From assembly GCA_035263405.1 (NCBI GenBank), contig DATFRI010000071.1, forward strand, positions 777-64,776: a stretch of DNA of 64,000 bases, in the 5' to 3' direction. Origin of the DNA: Actinomycetes bacterium. GTDB lineage: Bacteria; Actinomycetota; CALGFH01. Both the position numbers and the translations under genes were made by a program. Positions 59,639 through 64,000 of this stretch are shown here, one piece after another. The notes beneath the pieces were generated by a model. It did not search any database. It saw only the letters and a program-made list of their open reading frames with translations, and was not told where the DNA came from. Position 1 is the first letter of the stretch. Each line of letters begins with the position of its first letter.

Positions 59639-59819
59639 TGCGCCCGCCCCGCGCCCTCCCCCTGCTCCTCGCCTGCCGTGGGGCGGCCCGGTGCCGGCCG
59701 CTCCACGGTGAGTCGCCCCGGCGACGGGCACGGCGCCAGCAGGGCGGGCCGGACCGGACCGGCGCCCGAGGCACGCCGGACGTGACCGCGGCCGGCGCGA
59801 CGCGAGGAGGAGCATCCCG

Positions 59820-61385
59820 ATGAGCGAACGGGTCACGATCTTCGACACCACGCTGCGCGACGGCGAGCAGGCACCCGGGATCAACCTGAACGCCACGGCC
59901 AAGGTCGAGATCGCCGAGCAGCTCGCGCGGCTGGGCGTGGACGTGGTGGAGGCGGGTTTCCCGCAGGCGTCGGTGGGCGACTTCGAGGCCGTCCGCGCCG
60001 TGGCCGAGCGGGTCCGCGGCCCGGTGATCGCCGCGCTCGCGCGCGCGCACGTCGACGACGTCGACCGCGCCGCGGACGCGCTCGCCCCGGCGGAGCGGAT
60101 GCGCATCCACACCTTCATCGCGACCAGCCCGATCCACATGGAGCACAAGCTGCGCATGACCCCGGCCCAGGTGCTCGCCCGGGCCGAGCAGGCGGTCGCG
60201 CGCGCCCGGACCCACACCGCCGACGTCGAGTTCTCCGCCGAGGACGCCACCCGGTCCGACCCGGAGTTCCTCAAGGAGGTGTACGCGGCGGCGATCGCGG
60301 CCGGCGCGACCACCTGCAACGTGCCCGACACCGTCGGCTACATGCTCCCCGACCAGTTCGCCGAGCTGGTCGGCTGGCTGCGCGCCGAGGTACCCGGCGC
60401 CGGCGGGGTCACCTGGAGCGTCCACTGCCACGACGACCTGGGGGTCTCGGTCGCCAGCTCGATCGCCGCGGTCAAGGCGGGCGCGCGCCAGGTCGAGGTC
60501 GCGGTCAACGGGATCGGGGAGCGCGCCGGCAACTGCTCCATGGAGGAGGTCGCGATGGTGCTGCGCACCCACGCGTCCACGATGGGCTTCGCCACCGACG
60601 TCGACACCCGCGAGATCGCCCGCACCTCCCGGCTGGTCAGCCTGCTGACCGGCTACCCGGTGCAGCCGAACAAGAGCGTGGTCGGCGCCAACGCGTTCGC
60701 CCACGAGTCCGGCATCCACCAGCACGGCGTGCTCGCCAACCGCCTGACCTACGAGATCATGGACCCGCGCGAGCTGGGCTACGCCGGCTCCAAGATCGTG
60801 CTCGGCAAGCACTCCGGCCGCCACGCCGTCGCCGACGCGCTGGCCAAGCTCGGGTTCGACCTCAAACCCGAGGAGCTGGACCGCGCGTTCGACCGCTTCA
60901 AGGAGGTCGCCGACCGCAAGGCACGGGTGACCGACAGCGACCTGGAGGCGGTCGTCGCCGACACGGTGATGACCGACGACCAGACGTTCGTGCTGGTCGG
61001 CCTCCAGGTCGCCGGCGGGACGTCGCTGTCGCCGACCGCGACGGTGCGGGTGACCCGCGAGGGCGCGGTGCTGGAGGAGTCGGCGATGGGCGACGGGATG
61101 GTCGACGCGGCCTGCAACGCGATCGCCAGGGCCACCGGCGTCCACGCCGAGCTGGTCGACTTCCACGTCTCGTCGGTGACCGGCGGGACCGACGCGCTCG
61201 GCGACGTGACCGTCCAGGTCGAGATCGACGGCGAGCGCGTGACCGGCCGCGGCGTCGCCGCCGACGTCGTCGAGGCGTCCGCGCGCGCCTACCTCGCGGC
61301 CGTCAACGGCTTCGTGCGCACGTCCCCGCGGCCGGTGGGCATGCGCGCCGAGCCCGAGCAGCCCGAGGGCGGGGAGGGCCGGTGA
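59820..61385 (+). CDS. leuA: 2-isopropylmalate synthase (short, LeuA/CimA-type)
   Basis: The N-terminal motif [11 protein letters not shown], the HxH metal site (VHCHDDLG) and a C-terminal regulatory domain are present. Confidence 0.92.
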   Translation: MSERVTIFDTTLRDGEQAPGINLNATAKVEIAEQLARLGVDVVEAGFPQASVGDFEAVRAVAERVRGPVIAALARAHVDDVDRAADALAPAERMRIHTFIATSPIHMEHKLRMTPAQVLARAEQAVARARTHTADVEFSAEDATRSDPEFLKEVYAAAIAAGATTCNVPDTVGYMLPDQFAELVGWLRAEVPGAGGVTWSVHCHDDLGVSVASSIAAVKAGARQVEVAVNGIGERAGNCSMEEVAMVLRTHASTMGFATDVDTREIARTSRLVSLLTGYPVQPNKSVVGANAFAHESGIHQHGVLANRLTYEIMDPRELGYAGSKIVLGKHSGRHAVADALAKLGFDLKPEELDRAFDRFKEVADRKARVTDSDLEAVVADTVMTDDQTFVLVGLQVAGGTSLSPTATVRVTREGAVLEESAMGDGMVDAACNAIARATGVHAELVDFHVSSVTGGTDALGDVTVQVEIDGERVTGRGVAADVVEASARAYLAAVNGFVRTSPRPVGMRAEPEQPEGGEGR

Positions 61386-62434
61386 GCCCGGTGCGGACCC
61401 ACCGGGTCGCCTGCCTGCCGGGCGACGGGATCGGGCCGGAGGTCGTCGCGGAGGCGCGGGCGGCGGTCGAGGCCGCCGCCGGGCGCTTCGGCTTCACCGT
61501 CGAGTGGACCGGGTACGACCTCGGCGCGGACCGCTGGCTGCGCACCGGCGAGGTCCTCCCCGACGCCGTGCTGGCCGAGCTGCGGCAGGCCGACGCGATC
61601 CTGCTCGGCGCGGTCGGCCGGCCCGACGTGCCGCCGGGGGTGCTCGAGCGGGGCCTGCTGCTGCGGCTGCGCTTCGAGCTGGACCTGTACGTGAACCTGC
61701 GGCCGGTCAGGCTGTGGCCGCAGGCGGAGACGCCGCTGGCGGGGGTCAAGCCCGACGACGTCGACCTGGTGGTCGTGCGCGAGAACACCGAGGGCGCGTA
61801 CGCGGGCGCCGGCGGGGTGCTGCGCCGCGGCACGCCCGCGGAGCTGGCCACCGAGGAGGCGCTCAACACCCGCTTCGGGGTGGAGCGCTGCGTGCGCTTC
61901 GCGGCCGGGCTGGCCGCGGCACGCGACGGGGTCCTCACGCTGGTCCACAAGACCAACGTGCTGCGCCACGCGGGCGACCTGTGGGAGCGGGTGGCCCGCG
62001 AGGTCGCGGCCGAGCGCGGCCTGCGCTACGAGTACGCGCACGTCGACGCCGCCTGCATGTACCTGATCACCGACCCCGGCCGTTTCGACGTGATCGTCAC
62101 CGACAACCTCTTCGGGGACATCCTCACCGACATCGGGGCCGCGGTCGCCGGCGGGCTCGGCCTGGCGGCCAGCGCCAACCTCAACCCCGACCGCACCGGT
62201 CCGTCGCTGTTCGAGCCGGTGCACGGGTCGGCGCCCGACATCGCCGGCAGCGGCCGCGCCAACCCCGTGGCCGCCGTACTGTCCGCCGCGCTCCTGCTGG
62301 ACCACCTGGGGGAGCGGGCGGCGGCGGCCGCCGTCGAGGCGGCGGCCGTGGCGGTGCTCGGCGAGGCTGGGCGATACTCCACGAGAGAGCTTGGCCGGCG
62401 GATCGCCGGCATCGTCGCCGACGTACCTGGCTGA
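61382..62434 (+). CDS. leuB: 3-isopropylmalate dehydrogenase
   Basis: Conserved IMDH blocks are present (e.g. VVRENTEG). The GTG start overlaps the leuA stop. Confidence 0.95.
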   Translation: MSPVRTHRVACLPGDGIGPEVVAEARAAVEAAAGRFGFTVEWTGYDLGADRWLRTGEVLPDAVLAELRQADAILLGAVGRPDVPPGVLERGLLLRLRFELDLYVNLRPVRLWPQAETPLAGVKPDDVDLVVVRENTEGAYAGAGGVLRRGTPAELATEEALNTRFGVERCVRFAAGLAAARDGVLTLVHKTNVLRHAGDLWERVAREVAAERGLRYEYAHVDAACMYLITDPGRFDVIVTDNLFGDILTDIGAAVAGGLGLAASANLNPDRTGPSLFEPVHGSAPDIAGSGRANPVAAVLSAALLLDHLGERAAAAAVEAAAVAVLGEAGRYSTRELGRRIAGIVADVPG

Positions 62435-62524
62435 CGCCACCGGAGCGTCGCGGGCCGCCGCAGCGGCTGCCACACCTCCGGCGGCCGACAGGCGCGCCGC
62501 CGGCTGAAGACGAAGGAGGCTCCG

Positions 62525-63442
62525 ATGCCCATCACGCCCACCCGCAAGGTCTGGATGGACGGCGAGTTCGTGGACTGGGACGACGCCACGGTCCACGTGC
62601 TGACCCCGACGCTGCACTACGGCTGGGGGGTGTTCGAGGGCATCCGCGCGTACGAGACGCCGAACGGCTCGGGCGTCTTCCGCCTCACCGACCACATGCG
62701 GCGGCTGTACCGCAGCGCCAAGATCTACTACATGCAGCCGCCGATCCCCCTCGACGACTCGATCGGGGTGGTCAAGGAGCTGGTGCGGATCAACGGCGTG
62801 CCGACCTGCTACGTCCGGCCGCTGGTGTTCCTCGGGTACGGCGAGATCGGGCTCAACCCGCTCCCCTCCAAGGTGCGCATGGCGATCGCCTGCTGGCCGT
62901 GGGGCGCCTACCTCGGCGAGGAGGCGTTCGAGACGGGCGTGCGGGTGAAGGTCTCCTCCTGGCGGCGGCTGGACCCCAACGTCATCCCGCCGGCCGCCAA
63001 GGGCACCGGGCAGTACATCAACTCCTCCATGGCCAAGGTCGAGTCGCTGAAGGCCGGCTACGACGAGGCGATCCTGCTCAACACCAACGGGTTCGTCGCC
63101 GACGGCACCGGCGAGAACCTGTTCGTGGTGCGCGACGGCGTGCTGCTCACCCCGCCGCTGTCCGCCGGCTGCCTGGGCGGCATCACCCGCGACAGCGTCA
63201 TCACCCTCGCCCGCGACCTGGACATCCCGGTGCGCGAGGAGAACCTCGTGCGCACCGATCTGTACACGGCCGACGAGGCGTTCTTCACCGGCACCGCGGC
63301 TGAGGTCGTGCCCATCCGCGAGATCGACGACCGCGCGCTGGACGTCCCCGGCCCGGTCGCCCGCCAGCTCATGCAGGCGTTCAACAAGGCCGCCCGCGGC
63401 CTGGACGACCGCTACAAGGACTGGGTCGAGCTGATCGCGTGA
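62525..63442 (+). CDS. ilvE: branched-chain-amino-acid aminotransferase (class IV)
   Basis: The product DGEFVDWDDATVHVLTPTLHYG and the EVFFTGTAAEVVPIREID block fit the family. A GAAGGAGG Shine-Dalgarno lies upstream. Confidence 0.95.
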   Translation: MPITPTRKVWMDGEFVDWDDATVHVLTPTLHYGWGVFEGIRAYETPNGSGVFRLTDHMRRLYRSAKIYYMQPPIPLDDSIGVVKELVRINGVPTCYVRPLVFLGYGEIGLNPLPSKVRMAIACWPWGAYLGEEAFETGVRVKVSSWRRLDPNVIPPAAKGTGQYINSSMAKVESLKAGYDEAILLNTNGFVADGTGENLFVVRDGVLLTPPLSAGCLGGITRDSVITLARDLDIPVREENLVRTDLYTADEAFFTGTAAEVVPIREIDDRALDVPGPVARQLMQAFNKAARGLDDRYKDWVELIA

Positions 63443-63769
63443 CCCCGGTCACGTCTCGGCACGCGGCTGGACAGCGACCTGCCCGCTGGGCGACCATCGG
63501 GGCAGGTGGCGCCCTGCCGCGGCAGGGCGCGGGCACGCACGAGGGGAGCGGATCGATGCAGGGACGGCACGCGGCGGCATCCTGCCGGCGGCTGCCCTGC
63601 CACGCGCCCGCGCGCGGCACCTGGCGATTTCCCGAGGACCGGGGTCCGGACCTCGGGACCCGCTCGCGGCGCTGACCGGCGAGCGATCCGAGACCAACCG
63701 CCCCGGACACCCCCGGGGCGGTCCGCTGTCCGGGGTCGGTGCCGGGGCACGGCCGAAAGGACCGGCACC

Positions 63770-64000
63770 ATGGACCAGGCAGCACCCGAGGCGCCCGCGC
63801 TCGCGCTCGGCGCCGGCGGGTTCGTCCTCGTCGCGCACGTCGAGGGGGACGAGGACCCGGCGGCGGCCGCGGACGGCGCGCTCGCGGCCGGGGCCAGCGC
63901 GCTCCAGGTCGACGCCTCGCGCCTGACCGTCCGGGCGCCGGGGACGACGGGCAGGCTCCCGCTCGTGGCGGTCCTGCGGCGGCCCGGGGAGCTGCCCGCC
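63770..64000 (+). CDS. hypothetical protein, 3'-truncated at the window edge
   Basis: An ATG followed by 77 codons with strong GC3. I recognise no motif. Confidence 0.35.
   Translation, partial: MDQAAPEAPALALGAGGFVLVAHVEGDEDPAAAADGALAAGASALQVDASRLTVRAPGTTGRLPLVAVLRRPGELPA

Overview
This is a 64 kb chromosomal segment from a very high-GC (about 73%) actinobacterium, densely packed with core housekeeping genes. No tRNA or rRNA genes, CRISPR arrays, transposases or prophage genes were found, so the window looks like ordinary core chromosome rather than an accessory island.

Gene content in order (gene order resembles mycobacterial and streptomycete chromosomes):
- rho (5' end outside the window), rpmE, a DUF1385 protein, prfA, prmC, a YrdC/TsaC-family protein, a low-molecular-weight protein tyrosine phosphatase, and wecA/rfe.
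- Two small membrane proteins associated with the ATP synthase, followed by the complete F1F0 ATP synthase operon atpBEFHAGDC.
- A convergent canonical sirtuin (cobB) and an Ala-rich membrane protein of unknown function, followed by a 3-hydroxyacyl-CoA dehydrogenase.
- An amidohydrolase flanked by two small unknown ORFs, then bioY, a NUDIX hydrolase and an alpha/beta hydrolase.
- A convergent AI-2E transporter plus GNAT pair, a thiolase, a truncated eIF-2B-like protein, an enoyl-CoA hydratase and galT.
- A class A penicillin-binding protein translationally fused to a roughly 390-aa N-terminal extension, then iscS and mnmA.
- An App1-like phosphatase, an S9 peptidase, ligA, a membrane protein and gatCAB.
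- The prpDCB methylcitrate operon on the minus strand, and a GT4 glycosyltransferase divergent from it.
- purK and purE, split by a secreted M28 aminopeptidase.
- ilvBNC, serA, leuA, leuB and ilvE.

No novel multi-gene system was detected. The points of interest are regulatory and architectural:
- a Val/Leu leader peptide with a hairpin plus U-tract attenuator upstream of ilvB;
- a perfect CRP/GlxR-type TGTGA-N6-TCACA box ahead of the atp operon;
- AT-rich palindromes upstream of prpB;
- a palindromic element with a shared GGTGTCCGCG core, present at two intergenic loci;
- a perfect 22-nt tandem repeat upstream of bioY;
- the PBP extension;
- a Leu-rich upstream ORF coupled to leuA.

Gene calls rest on translated motifs, codon third-position GC and start-site context that I read by hand. 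No database searches were run.
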